Source: Octopus sinensis (Eukaryota). Taken from it: 64,000 nucleotides of DNA. The position numbers were made by a program, and so were the translations under genes. Below the pieces are notes generated by a model that saw only the letters and a list, made by a program, of their open reading frames with translations, made no database searches and was not told the origin of the DNA. Positions 37,862 through 51,233 of this stretch are shown here, piece by piece (the stretch's first letter is position 1; every line of letters starts with the position of its first letter). The stretch spans positions 48,620,464-48,684,463 of the forward strand of contig NC_043011.1 of the NCBI RefSeq assembly GCF_006345805.1. Direction: 5' to 3'.

Positions 37862-38192
37862 AGTAAAGACCAACATCAGTCATGAATGACCATGGGATCA
37901 CACCTAGAAAGTTACCCTGCGAAGCACAAGTCTGGGCGAGTTAGTTCATGGAAGACCAACAGTTGTCCAAACATTCCAGTTTTCCTTGTCCACACCACCG
38001 ATGTTATCCAAGAGAAAGGCAAAGGCTGATACAGCTTGGCAACAGTGATGTCACAACTCATTTCTACAGCTGATTGAACTGTGAAGTAAGGTGAAATAAA
38101 GTGTCTTGCTCAAGAACACAACACAGTGCCTGGTCTGGGAATTGGACTACCTCATGACTATGCGCCAAGTGCTCTAACCACTGAGCCATACA
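37862..38192 (-). mobile_element. tRNA-SINE family G with head
   Basis: Reverse complement tggctcagtggttagagc head, gtgttcttgagcaagacacttta core, body as 1838-2055. Confidence 0.75.
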
Positions 38193-38409
38193 TATATGTA
38201 TGAGTGTGTGTATAAACATATATGCATGTGTGTGTCTGTGAGTATAAATATATATGTATATATATGTGTGTAAGTATAAATATATAAGTACGTTTATGTG
38301 TGTGCGTGTGTGAGTATAAATATATGTATGTGTGTTTGTGGGTATAAATATATATGTATGTGTGTGTGCTTGTGTGAGCTTGTGTGAGTATAAATATATA
38401 AATATATAT

Positions 38410-39212
38410 AAAGCCTTATGAGTGGATTTGGTAGACAGAAACTGAAAGAAGCCTGTCGTATATATGTATATATATATACATATATGTATATGTGTGTGTG
38501 TGTGTGTGTTTGTGTGTCTGTGTTTGTCCCCACAACATCGCTTGACAACTGATGGTGGTGTGTTTACATACCCGTAACATAGCAGTTCAGTAAAAGAGAC
38601 CGATAGAATTAGTACTAGACTTCCAAAGAATAAGTGCTGGGGGCGATTTGCTCGACTAAAGGCAGTGCTCCAGCATGGCCACAGTCAAATGACTGAAACA
38701 ATTAAAAGAGAGAGTAAGTTGGGTGTTTGCATCTTGGAATCCTAATTGCTGTCATTGGGTCATATAAATTTAATGAATAAGGCCCCATGTCTCTAATTGA
38801 TTGTGGCCGTCAACTGGCATTGGATTATCTCATTCTAGTGACTTTGTATGATGAGATTAAACAAGTATCACCATTATGCATGGCACCTTGAGCAAGTGCC
38901 TTCACTATAGCCTCGGGCCAACCAAATCCTTGTGAGTGGATTTTGTAGACGGAAACTGAAAGAAGCCCGTCGTATATATGTATATATATATATGTATATA
39001 TATGTATATATGTATATGTGTATATGTGTATATGTGTGTGTGTATATGTTTGTGTGTTTGTGTTTGTCTCACCAGCATTGCTTGACAATGTGTATATATA
39101 TATATATATATGTGTGTATGTGTTTTTCTGTGTCTGTGTTTGTCCCCCCCAACATCGCTTGACAACTGATGGTGGTGTGTTTACTTACCCGTAACTTAGC
39201 GGTTCAGCAAAT
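38410..39212 (+). mobile_element. Two 5'-truncated SINE family A copies (38410-38714, 38870-39212)
   Basis: Family A bodies. Confidence 0.85.
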
Positions 39213-39214
39213 CT

Positions 39215-39623
39215 TCAATGAAAACTTGTCCGGTGATAAGGAAATATTACCTAACACAGAAATAGGTGAGTGTTGGCAACAGGAATGGCACCCAGCCATA
39301 GAGCGTCTGCCTCGACAAATTCCATCCTACCCATGCAAGCATGGAAAAGTTTATGATGATGATGTACCGGTGGCACGTTAAAAGCACCAACCGATCGTGG
39401 CCAATGCCAGACCCCACCCTGGCATCTGTGCAGGTGGCACGTAAAAAGCACCCACTACACTCGCGGAGTGGTTGGCGTTAGGAAGGGCATCCAGCTGTAG
39501 AAACACTGCCAGATCAGACTGGAGCCTGGTGCAGCCCCTGGCTTCCCAGACCCCAGTCAAACCGTCCAACCCGTGCTAGCGCGGAAAACGGACGTTAAAC
39601 GATGATGATGATGATGATGATGA
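39215..39623 (+). mobile_element. Short (GAT)-tailed repeat followed by a family C tail copy
   Basis: Two adjacent tails, each ending (GAT)n. Confidence 0.8.
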
Positions 39624-40346
39624 AGTATGCCACCAAAGTGAAGATGACTATTTTAGTAGAGATGCTTAGCTCTGGTTTCCCGGTAGTTATCAAAAACGTT
39701 CAACCTTTCTCAAGGTTGATTTAACCAAACCCGAAAAAAAAAAAAAATGAAAAAGATCAGACTTTGATATTTATGTATAAAAGTGTCAAAATTGAGATGG
39801 GGAAGACAGTTGATTCTTTTTTGCCTTTCATTTGTTTAGGATAGCAATAAGAACCAGAAAGGAATCAAGGTAAATTTCAGTAGACAATGCATCCCAAACC
39901 AAATCTACCATAGAAGATGGTCTTTTTTTTTTTACTAAATGAGAAAATGATTAAAAAAAAAAAAAGTGAAAAAAAAAAATGTATTATAACGTTGTTTTGT
40001 TATTCTTCTCACTGTGACTGGCACGAAGTTCATGCTTAATCATTTTTCGGAAACAGATTTGACAATTATTGATTATTTTTCCTCTAGTTTCATAGATTTT
40101 TGTTTTCTCTAGTGTCAATACAGTTGGGAGTCACAGATCACTAAACAGGGATAGGTTCTGTTGTTGTTGTTGCAGACCTAGTCAGCTCTGTTTAAACAGA
40201 CTTGTGGCAACAGAGATAACTGATTCAATAAAGTATTTTAGTAGCATTTCTATCCGATTCTGTCTTCAACTACACATTTTTGAACAATGTCCTTAAGATT
40301 TGCAACTAGCACGCATGACCTCTGTTATAAATACCTCTGTTATGGA

Positions 40347-41185
40347 GGTGTGGGAGTGGCTGTGTGGTAAGAAGCTTGCTTCTTACCACACAGGCGGCAA
40401 GCTGGCAGAAATGTTAGCACGCCGGGCGAAATGCTTAGCAGTATTTCGTCTGCCGTTACGTTCTAAGTTCAAATTCCACCAAGGTCAACTTTGCCCCTCA
40501 TCCTTTCGGGGTCGATTAAATAAGTACCAGTTACGCACTGGGGTCGATGTAATTGACTTAATCTGTTTGTCTGTCCTTGTTAGTCCTCTCTGTGTTTAGC
40601 CCCTTGTGGGTAGTAAAGAAATAGGTATTTCGTCTGCCATTATGTTCTGAGTTCAAATTCTACCGAGGTCGACTTTGCCTTTCATCCTTTCAGGGTCAGT
40701 AAATTAAGTATCAGTCACGCACTGGAGTCGATGTAATCGACTTAATCCCTTTGTCTGTCCTTGTTTGTCCCCTCTATGTTTAGCCCCTTGTGGTCAATAA
40801 AGAAATATGAAGCTTGCTTCCCAACCACATAGTTCTGGGTTCAGTCCCACTGCATGGCACATTAGGCAAGTGTTTTCTACTATAACCCCGAGCCGATCAA
40901 AGCTTTGTGAGGGAATTTGGTAGACGGAAACTGAAAGATGCCTGTTAAATGTATGTGTGTGTGTGTGTCTTGGTGTCTGTGTTTGCCCCCCCCCCACTTG
41001 ACAGTGTTGGCATGTTTGCATCCCTGTAACTTAGAGGTTCAGCAAAAGAGACTGACAGAATAAATACCAGGCTTTTGAAATAAAATTAAGTACTGAGGTC
41101 GATTCATTTGACTAAAAGTTCTTCAATACATTGCCCCAGCATGGTCACAGTCTAATGACAAAAAAAAACAGCTCAAAGATAAGAG
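40347..41185 (+). mobile_element. SINE family A interrupted by a SINE B dimer
   Basis: Head 40347-40382 resumes at 40809. Confidence 0.88.
40393..40808 (+). mobile_element. SINE family B dimer
   Basis: Two monomers joined at aaagaaata|ggtatttcg; 12-bp direct repeat gaagcttgcttc at 40371 and 40809. Confidence 0.9.
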
Positions 41186-42222
41186 GTAAACGATGCATTC
41201 CTTGAGAGACATTCGGTAATCAAATTGAACAGGTTCTGTGTCTGTATATTTACTAACGTACTGCGTCTTCAACTTAAGTACTAATATGTATTTGACCATC
41301 ACATTGAACACATATAGTAATTATATAGCAACTACCTCGTTAGCTGATGTAGTAAGTCCTTATTTCCTTATTCTAAATACTGTTACGTATTTGTTACGAG
41401 TATATAGTTGCTACATTGAACTGGTTCAGTTATAGTACTAGCAACATTAAGAGAAATTACTGGATATATGCTATCTCTATTATAGTAAATGGTAAATGTT
41501 TTCTAAGTTAAACTGCATCTGTCAGAATCATTACCCGGTATTTATATTTCACAGGCATACAGCCAAATGTTCTTATTCAACTCAGCTCTTGTTTCTTAAA
41601 CAACGAAGATAACAGAGAGGGTAGACAATAATGCTTTCTCTTAGTTAAGTTAAGGTAAGCAACAGATACCTAAACATTACATTTTATTCTGTAATCACGT
41701 ATAATTTTAAATTCAAATGAGCTAAAATGTGTCTCGATTTGTTTAAACTGTATAATTGCTACTTGAACTAGTAAAGTTTATTTATAGTAGGAGACTTGCT
41801 TGCTTTGAAACAACACCCAATCAAAAAAACAACGCCCATTAAATTGTTCAAATTGGACTGAAATTTCTTTATTATATAAAAGATAATATTAGATTTCGAT
41901 AGATAAACATCTGCCTTTTATTAAGCTGAAAGTTAGTTATTTACAGAGATGTACTTGCATACCAAGTGACTTGAATTGAGATCGTGTGCTGAAACAAAAA
42001 CCACTGCAGTGTGGAAGATGTTTGTACACCATTTAAGAACACACAGAAACCATTAGTTTCACTTCAACATTTGTTGTGGTGGACGCTCCCAGGTGAGAAG
42101 TGGGCTGGTCCACTCCTAATGGATAGTAGACTGATGCAGTCAGTAATGTCAGTCAGCAAGGTGCACTGTTCAGGCCAGTCCCGCAGAGACAACGAAATAC
42201 ATTGCCACTATGCAGGACATAA

Positions 42223-42869
42223 CATTTAAATTTAATTTATCTCAAAATATTTTCATTGCTTTGAAACCAGGACCTGTTCACTGACAAAACTTCGTGCTGC
42301 ATCTGAGAAAGTAACAGTTAGTTTTTAGTAACGGAAGGCAAAGTTTATGATATCTGAGGAACATCATCTTCTTCCATCACTTTTCTTGTTCTTTATGCAG
42401 TTCAGGCTTTCAGCAGGTGAAGAGAAAAGATTTCAAGCATAAATGCTATTTACAACTGGTTTATTTACAGGAAAAGTGAAGTGTGCTGCTCTCAGCTACC
42501 ATCTTAAGCTACGATAGCGTGGGTGCATAGCCACTGGAGATAGACAGGCAGAAAACTATGCCAGCGTTTGTGTACAGCCAATGCTGCTGTGTAAATGGCG
42601 CCAAAAGAAGCTGGTCTGAATCGGTTTCCTGTTTATATAATTTTCTCCATCGCGAGCCTTGTTGTGTTCTTGCGGCTGGCAAATGGATGCAGGTGAGGTC
42701 TCGCTCCAGTCTCGGAGATGGCAATGGCTGCCGCGAGATCTCATCCAATATGGTGCTGGATGTTTGTGCCACTACAAGTTCATGATATATATGTGTTTAT
42801 GTTTTGTCAGTGAACAGGTCACGGTTTCAAAGCCAACAAAAATATTTTGGCACAAATTAAATTTAAATG
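42223..42869. mobile_element. MITE-like element with ~68-bp imperfect TIRs
   Basis: catttaaatttaattt...gctttgaaaccaggacctgttcactgacaaaac (42223-42290) is inverted at 42801-42869. Confidence 0.75.
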
Positions 42870-43379
42870 AAATGAAACTAACAGCTTTTTGTGTGCTCTT
42901 AAATTCCATCGTAGAATTGTAGCTATTTACAGTTATTTCACTAAATCGTTTGTATTCTCACTTTGTTTTGGAAATTAAAACACAAAGACACGATCATTTT
43001 GTTTGAAGAAACTACGGTCACAAAAGTTTGAATTGAAGAAGATATCCCCGAAAACATGGGGGTAGATTGATCCTTACTTTCTTGCAATATTCTTTTGACT
43101 AAAGTTAACAGATTGTTAATGTGTCACTTCCTTTTTTTAACAAAGTAGGGTGCGATTTTCTAGAAAGATTTAGTTATTGTTTCTAGCAGGTTGTAAGACC
43201 ATGTAGAAACTCATTGAGGAGATGTATGAGAAGTATATCATGAAAGGTTTAATTAAGTCGGGATGATTACAACAATCAAATATTCAAGAATATGAAGATA
43301 TTGTAGAAGTATTTGAACATTATCCTCATCGCGTTCATTTTAATGTCCATTTATCGATGATAGAATAGGGTTACATAAC

Positions 43380-43760
43380 ACTGCAGATACCAATTCGTCT
43401 TTATCCTGCATAATCTTATCTCTAAAGGCTGGCATACTTTCTCAGATCTAAGCCCACGGTTTCTCTTATCATTTTTGGTCTGCTTCTGCCTCAGGGACTT
43501 TTTATCACCATCTTATAACAGATTTGAACCCAACCTCTTGTTCATTGATATAAAATATCAATAGATGAGTGCAGCCAGCACATGCGCACATTGGTCATGC
43601 TAATGGAAGAATGCAAGGTCATGCACTTTCCATCTGAAATGCAGCAATCAAGTGACTGGTCTATTGGAAACCTGTAACCGCCAATGTTAATAATTCCCGA
43701 TTCCATTATAAGATGAAAACAAAAACTTAAAATTGATTTCAGTTTTTGTGATCCAGGAAC
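43380..43760 (-). mobile_element. Highly degenerate RTE C-terminal fragment
   Basis: Minus-strand peptides IAAFQME and RGRSRPK resemble RTE motifs. Confidence 0.4.
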
Positions 43761-44430
43761 TTGTCAAAATCTTTACTGAGCCAATCATTCTTTCCAGCGC
43801 GATAGGAATCAATAAAAGACTTGCTCATAATATTTTGTTGATTAGCTGCACTGTATTTTTAACAGAATGATGTTTCAAAGAAAAGAATTGGTAATTCTGT
43901 CGATGGAAGTGTTAATGACTAAAATGATAGCTGGTAGACATTCAGTTGAAAGTGATTCACATCTTGTCGTAGGAACTTTATTGCATCTGTAATTAAGATG
44001 TTTAATTGTCAAACAACACAGTCTGCCTAGCTGTTAATAGTCATCACAAACTAAAATAGTAGTTTCTCTTAACAACAATACTATGGTGAATTTCACAAGA
44101 GGTTTGTTAGTTTTGCAGTGCCTAAGTTCAACTATTCCTGGGGGTATGAAACAGATAATTGTACGATAGTGCTAGGATCTTATTGTGAAGACTATTTCTA
44201 CAGAGGTGCTCCTTACCCAAAAGTCAGATAGAAATCTCTGATGGCAAAACCTGTGTTGGTAAAAGAAGGTGTTTCTTTCATTTCAAATATATGAAACATG
44301 TGCATGGAACATTATTCTTATTAACCAATGTTCTTCAGAATTCTACACTGAGTTGACTTATGCCAAAAGCCTTGAAATCCTACTTTTTTGTATATCAATG
44401 GTTATATGGTCCAATGTGTTCTTTCTTTGT

Positions 44431-44646
44431 TTAACCCTCTTGGATTTAAATTTCACTGTCAAATGTAATGCTTATTTATTCACATTGTTTTGAATAAATT
44501 ATGCACTGTCTTGAAGCTTTGAAATTTTGATGATATGATTGTATATTATTAGAATGACATTGTAGGGTAGGCATGAGAAGTGAAATTGGGCCAGTTTGAA
44601 CATAAGAGGCTGAATATGTGAGCCAATTATAGGTGGTTGGGGTTAA
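44431..44646. mobile_element. piggyBac-like MITE, degenerate
   Basis: TTAA-CCCT start and GGGG-TTAA end. Confidence 0.45.
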
Positions 44647-45337
44647 GAGGGTTGGTGTTATTCAAAGGAATTATCGCAAGTTGAAGAACAGCTGCTTAGC
44701 AGCAACCTTGTTAGTTCATGTGTAAATTCTACCTTATAAAAGAATTAGGTCATTGCTCATTATTACACTGCCAATAAAATTGTTAGTTAATCATCATATT
44801 AGTTAATCATCAATTCATAAATTTTTCAAAGCGGAAATCTTTTTAAAGTCTGTGTTGTGTTGTCTATATATTGAAAGATACACAAAAAAACACACACTAC
44901 ACGCATGCAAACAAACAAACAAACAACCAAAAACAAAAACTATCCTCATATGTATATACATATAGCCTTTTTATGAATTCTGTATTGTGTTGTGTTGACA
45001 GACTTGCACATGAAATTCCTATGCTTTTAATCAAAACTTGTTAGTTACTAAGGCAACAAGGCTATCTACCTACCTATCTATCTATCTTTTACACACACAC
45101 ACTCTTTCTTTCCCTCTCTTTCTCTCACAAACACACATACACACACTGTATTTCTGTTTCAACAATAACTCTTTCTCTGCTCCTTCTTCTATTCGATGTG
45201 AAAAGTCTTCATTGCTTCTCTTTTATAATATAAGATAGATTTTGAAAACAGAAGTCGTGCAGAACAAATGATAAACGAGAGGTGTAAAGTGCCCACTTTT
45301 AGTGTAAAGTTAACCTGCATGCTCAAATATAACATTA

Positions 45338-45423
45338 AATGGGGGATCACCAAATTTATTCAGGCAATGGGGGATCACCAAATTTATTCAGGCAATGGGG
45401 GATCACCAAATTTATTCAGGCAA
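45338..45423. repeat. Perfect 3 x 28-bp tandem repeat
   Basis: aatgggggatcaccaaatttattcaggc x3, no spacers. Confidence 0.95.
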
Positions 45424-46346
45424 GATGACTGCAATGATATTAAAATGTGATTTGCATGATTATTGACTGTCGTGGAAGAATATGTTGCCTCCTGTCAGAG
45501 GAGGAAACCCACTTAAAAGAAAGACCAAGGAAGATTAGATTATACAGAAGTGATGAGTTCATGAGTTCAAATTTCATGACTCATAACGGAGATGACCAAA
45601 AACTAAAGACCAAAGGAAGTAATGAAATGCTGCTGGGCGGATCCATTCAATGAATCTTGAAAGTTTACGATGGTAACTTCATTATATGCAATATTCGATT
45701 TTCCCCTACCGCCCCCCAACTGTTCCCATATTTTAATTATATTTGTATGACAGGTTCCCATCTGTTCAAGTAATACTCGGTGTAAAGCCATAAATTTGAA
45801 GCGAGCTAATTTTATTAAAACTGATGGCAAAACAGTGAATGATCTCTAACTCCGATATTTGAACTGTCCGTGATGATGTGATTGTGTGATGTCCTGAATA
45901 TTAACGGAATTCTGTGCCTGGTTGGTGGCAGTCGTTGACCTTCGAAACCTCTGAAACAATTATCAAAAAAAGACCATCGCACATAATATTTTAAACTTAA
46001 AAGAATGCAATAACCATAGTGATTCAGCCACATTTTCAATTAATCAATTAATTTATGGATATATTTTTCTTTCTGCATTTTAGAGATAATTTTTAATGTT
46101 GAGTATCAAACATGGCGGTGTGACTTAGAATTTCTCTTTAGAACTATGTGATTTTAGCTCTGATTCCACTGAAGAATACATTAGACAAGGCTATTCTACC
46201 AAAGCTTTGAGTGAAAAAAATCTTTGTGAATGATATCCAAGGCACAGAAACTGTGTAGAAGGATTGTTCTTATTCTTGGGTTGTAAATTTGGTCCATTGC
46301 CTGGTTTAGCTCCACCACTTAGACCATGGGCACCTTAAGTGGATAC

Positions 46347-46772
46347 AGGTTTCTTATTTCTTTATTGCCCACAAGGGGATAAACATAGAGGGATCAAACA
46401 AGGACAGACAAAGGGAATAAGTCGATTACATCGACCCCATTATGTAACTGGTACTTAATTTATCGACCCCGAAAGGAGGAAAGGCTAAGTTGACTCCGGC
46501 AGAATTTGAATTCAGAACGTAATGGCAGACGAAATACCTATTTCTTTACTACCCACAAGGGGCTAAACACAGAGAGGACAAACGAAGACACACAAAGGGA
46601 TTAAGTCGATTACATCGACCTCAGTGCATAACTGGTACTTAATTTTTCAACCCCGAAAGGATAAAAGGCTAAGTTGACCTTGACGGAATTTGAACTCAGA
46701 ACGTAATGGCAGACGAAATACCACTAAGTATTTCACCCAGCGTGCAAACAATTCTGCCAACTCGTCGCCTTG
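46347..46772 (-). mobile_element. SINE family B dimer
   Basis: Reverse copy with junction gaaatacc|tatttcttt. Confidence 0.9.
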
Positions 46773-47159
46773 AAACGTGGTTACATGTTTCTAATGGGTC
46801 AGTCAATCCATTCTTGCATTCTTAATAGAAAGAGTGACGAGGGAATGTGAGTAACTTGTAGAGAACAAATATCACAAAGAATTGTTTGAATAGCACTAGT
46901 TTTTCGTTTTTCCAGCCAATGTTTACATCCTTTTCAAGTACACATTCGTAAAATATACACTGACACATACAGATAGCAGGCTTTTGTACAGTCTCTAGCC
47001 AGTAGCTTTCATTAACAACAAAGAATTAGCCAATGCAAGGCCTATAAATGCTATGCAGTGTGATCAAGCATGGAATGATGAATGTAAAAAGAATTTCTTA
47101 ACCACAAAATAATACCTCTAGTCTTATAGACTACATGCAACCATTAGATCAGTGCTCAA

Positions 47160-47830
47160 CTTTAGGTCCTCCTATATTGGTTTTAAACTTTGGCTCAAGG
47201 CCAGCAATTTCGGAGGTGGAGATAGTCAAATACACTGACCCCTGTGCTTAACAGGTACTTATTTTAACGGCCCTGAAAGAATGAAAGACAAAGTTAACCT
47301 TGGTGGAATTCGAACTCAGAATGTAAAGATGGATGGAATGCTGCTAAGCATTTTGCATGGTAACGATTCTGCCTGATGTCTGCCTTAACTCCTCCTACAT
47401 TGCTTTCAAATTTTGGCACAAGGCCAGTAATTTCAGGGAAGGGGGCTAGTCAAACACATCCAATCCAATGCTCAGCAGGTACTTATTTTAACAAACTTGT
47501 AAGAATGAAAGAGGCAATATCAACTTTGGTAGAATTTGAACTCAGAATATAAAGACAGACGAAATACTGCTAAGCATTTTGCCTAGCATGGTAACAATTC
47601 TTATTTCTTTATTGCCCACAAGGGGCTAAACATAGAGGGGACAAACAAGGACAGACAAAGGGATTAAGCCGATTACACCGACCCCAGTGTGTAACTGGCA
47701 CTTAATTTAACGACCCCAAAAGGATGAAAGTCAAAGTCGTCCTCGGCGGAATTTGAACTCAGAACATAACGGCAGATGAAATACTGCTAAGCATTTTGCC
47801 CAGTGTGCTAATGTTTCTGCCAGCTCACTG
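47160..47830 (-). mobile_element. Cluster of three SINE family B copies
   Basis: Repeated ttgaactcagaa...ctgctaagcatttt units. Confidence 0.85.
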
Positions 47831-48499
47831 CTAACAATTCTACCAAGTCACTGCCTTAGTGCCTCCTGTATTAAGCAGATACAATATGAACATTCTCTTT
47901 GCCAGTAGGCTAAACAGTTATCACTAGTGGATCTCAGGAGAGATTGAACTCAGCACATCTATTCAATACTCATGCAATACTTCAACTGTACCACTGAGCA
48001 ATACTTGAACCACAGACATACTGTCTCTTCGCTTTCTTTTTCCATTTCTACTACAACTACAGAAGCTGACTGTAGGTTGATTACATACTACCATATTCAA
48101 GCACCCTTATTTCCCTTATCTTTCCTCTTCTCGATATCCATATTGCATTTTGAATCCACCCAGAAGAAATCAATCACAAAAGAAATACAAAATAGCTTCA
48201 TTATTAAGAGATGATGCATTTTTTAAAAAATATAAAACAGAGTGTCAGCAATAGGATCTGATTACTCTCATCCAATTCCTAAGTCGTGCACTCTTTAGGG
48301 TCTAAGGTCACCCTTGCATTACATAACAGCATTTATTTCAATATTCTGTCCTTGCTGCCATACTGCTGCTAGCATAAGAAAAAGAAAATATTTAATTTAG
48401 TAGAAAATTATCCAGATTGACTTGTTAAAGGAAAATATTTTCTAAAACGTTATGTGGAAGGAATGCTATTGATTCAATCTGCCAACTTTCTATAGAGTT

Positions 48500-48565
48500 C
48501 ATAGTAGTAGTAGTAGTAGTAGTAGTAATAATAATAAAATAATAATAATAATAATAATAATAATG

Positions 48566-48598
<33 letters not shown>

Positions 48599-48600
48599 GC
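48500..48600. repeat. (TAG)n-(AAT)n microsatellite
   Basis: Directly visible. Confidence 0.95.
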
Positions 48601-49089
48601 AATGAGAAGCTTGTTTTGCTTGTCACAGCAAGAAACAAATGAAAGGTGCAAGATACCCATGGTTTCAGGATACAGCTAGATATCTAGCAATCCAATATTG
48701 GTAAAACAACGGCATGTTGAGTGAATAAAAATAATGATGATGATGATGATGATGATGATGGCAACAAAAACAACAACAACAATAATAAGAACAATAATAA
48801 TCATATCAACAACTACAATAATTTTTTTTTTCTCTCAAGGAGACATTATAAGAAAGAAGTTATGGAATTGTGCAGAATTATTAGGGGCAAAAATCAGGCA
48901 TCAACAAAAATATTAATAACAATAATAATAATAATTCAAAGCATAAGTACAGGACTCCATATTTAGTATTAGAGATTTGTTTTTTTTTCTTTTCTATAAC
49001 CAACAGGTCTTAGCAATAAAGGTTTCTGACATAAACACAAATTGAATATATCACCCACAGTTGTTGGTTAATATCAATTTCATCAAAAG

Positions 49090-49230
49090 CCGTGAACTGG
49101 CAGAAATGTTAGCATGCTGGGCAATATGCTTAGTGCTGTTTCATCTGTCTTTATTTTCTGAGTTCAAATTCTACCGAGATCAACTTTGCCTTTCATCCTT
49201 TCGGGGTCGATAAATTAAGTACCAGTTACA
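49090..49230 (+). mobile_element. SINE family B, 3'-truncated
   Basis: gaactggcagaaatgttagc...aagtaccagtta. Confidence 0.85.
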
Positions 49231-49259
49231 TACATAGCACAGTTTAAGCTATCTTTTCG

Positions 49260-49697
49260 CGGAAGAAGGTTTATGTTCCTATAACCTGTGTTAATTCTGT
49301 AACCCTTTAAAATGGAAGATAAGAAAGTTCATTTTTGGCACTTGATGCTTTGGGAACCAGACAAAAATTGCTGCAGCTCAGCTGCGATGCATCACCCCAC
49401 TCTCCATATTCACCAGATATTGCTCCTTCGGATTTCCACTTATTCAGGTCTCTGCAGAATAGTTTTAATGGTAAAAATTTCAATTCCTTGGATGACGTAA
49501 AAAGATACCTTGATGAATTCTTTGCCATGAAACCTCCTTAATTTTGGGAAGAGGGTATTTTCAAGTGAAAGGAAAGATGGAGACGCATTGTGCAGCAAAA
49601 TGGTTCTTATTTGGGTGAATGAAAATATAATGGCAAGTATTTATTGACTTTTATCTTTCCTTTAAAAATCAGCATGAACTTTCCGGACAACCCAATA
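49260..49697 (+). mobile_element. Internally deleted mariner element
   Basis: N-terminus MEDKKVHFWHLMLWE joined to C-terminal TRQKLLQL..PHSPYSPDIAPSDFHLFRSLQNS; 3' TIR aaaaatcagcatgaactttccggacaacccaata. Confidence 0.88.
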
Positions 49698-49790
49698 CAA
49701 TCTAAGTGCATTGCAAAAATCAGCATTACTTGAAACTGCTTGCACACTGTGTAAAGTACTGTCTGAGGTCCTTGTTGTGACTTGACAAAC
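49698..49790 (+). mobile_element. R4/Dong-like non-LTR 3' fragment
   Basis: LQKSALLETACTLCKVLSE matches the terminal motif seen at 63757-63830 (IQKIALLGTAHILCRTL). Confidence 0.6.
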
Positions 49791-49864
49791 AGTACAAACC
49801 CCTGATAAACACAATATCTTCAATGAAGAACCTCATGTTATTAAGCCTAGAGAAGAAAAGAATA

Positions 49865-50645
49865 ATGATCCTTCCTACTATAGGCACAAGGCCTGAAATT
49901 TTGGGGAGGGAGATATATAGATTAAATCGACTCCAGTACATGACTGGTACTTATCTTATCAATGCTGCAAGGATGAAAAGCAACGTTGACCTCAGCAGAA
50001 TTTGAACTCAGAATACAAAGACGGATGAAATACTGCTAAGCTTTTCGTTCCACGTGCTAATGACTCTGCCAGCTTGCTACCTTAATAATAGTTTCCAATT
50101 TTTGCTCAAGGCCAGCAAGTTCGGAGGAGGGGGTAAGTAGATTACATCAACACCAGAACTCAAGCAGTACTTCGATGGGCGTCCAGTATGCTAACGATTC
50201 TGCCAGATCGCCACCTTAATACTGATAATGATAATCTTTTCTACTCTAAGCACAAGGCCTGAAATTTTGGTGGAGGGGGACCAGCCGATTAGATTGACCA
50301 CAGTATGCAACTGGTACTTAATTTATCTACCCAAAAAGGATGAAAGGCAAAGTCCACCCTGGCTGAATTTGAACTCAGAACGTAAAGAGAGATGAAATAC
50401 CCCTTAGCATTTCACCTGGTGTGCTAACATTTCTTTTCTCCTCTTGGCAGAAGGCCCAAAATTTTGGGAGAGCATGCCAGTTGATTAGATCATCCCCAAT
50501 ACGCAACTGGTACTTAATTTATAGGCCCCAAAAGGATCAAAGGCAAAGTTGGCCTCAGTGAAATTTGAACTTAGAACATTAAGGCAGATGAAATATTGCT
50601 AAGCATTTCACCTGGTGTGCTAACGTTTCTGCCAGCTCGCCATCT
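49865..50645 (-). mobile_element. Cluster of about four SINE family B copies
   Basis: Repeated reverse B units starting at gcacaaggcctgaaattttg. Confidence 0.85.
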
Positions 50646-51109
50646 TGTACTGGTGATGATAATGGCAATGAGGAATAATCATCGAACACAAGAATTCTTT
50701 GTTAATTTTCTACAAAAGAAATATGACACAATTTTGAAAAATTGAAAATTGTAACGAAGTAATTAAAAAAAAAAATTTTTTTTTTTAAATCAGGGAAATA
50801 ATTATTGTTCATATACCACCTCCCACCTTCACCATTCACTACAACTACTACTACCAGTGTTACAACTACTATAACCACCACTACTACCCAACACACCACT
50901 GCAACCATTTCTGTATTTCTTCAGCTGGAAACTGCAGTATTGAAATTTGATCACTTGCTTATTTAATATGAAACAAACAACTTATTCACATCACGCTGTT
51001 TTAATACGGCTTCAGCTTCAGAAGAAATAAAAAAAAATTTAGCAATCACCAATGTTTATTTATTCTTAATATTTTTCATGGATGCGTGTATATCCGAGAA
51101 TGTTTGTGT

Positions 51110-51130
51110 GTACACTCACACACACACACA

Positions 51131-51180
<50 letters not shown>

Positions 51181-51187
51181 ATATACG

Positions 51188-51233
<46 letters not shown>

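Noticed and set aside
42509-42922. Overlapping 62-87 aa ORFs as a host gene
   Set aside because: No recognisable motif; they lie inside a TIR-bounded element
45338-45423. CRISPR-like 28-bp repeats
   Set aside because: Units are directly adjacent with no spacers; eukaryotic context; no cas genes
45447-46039. Short ORFs in the repeat-poor interval
   Set aside because: No homology recognisable by eye and no consistent exon chain
50926-50945. GAAACTGCAGTA (palindromic stem III-like)
   Set aside because: No CUGANGA core upstream on the same strand
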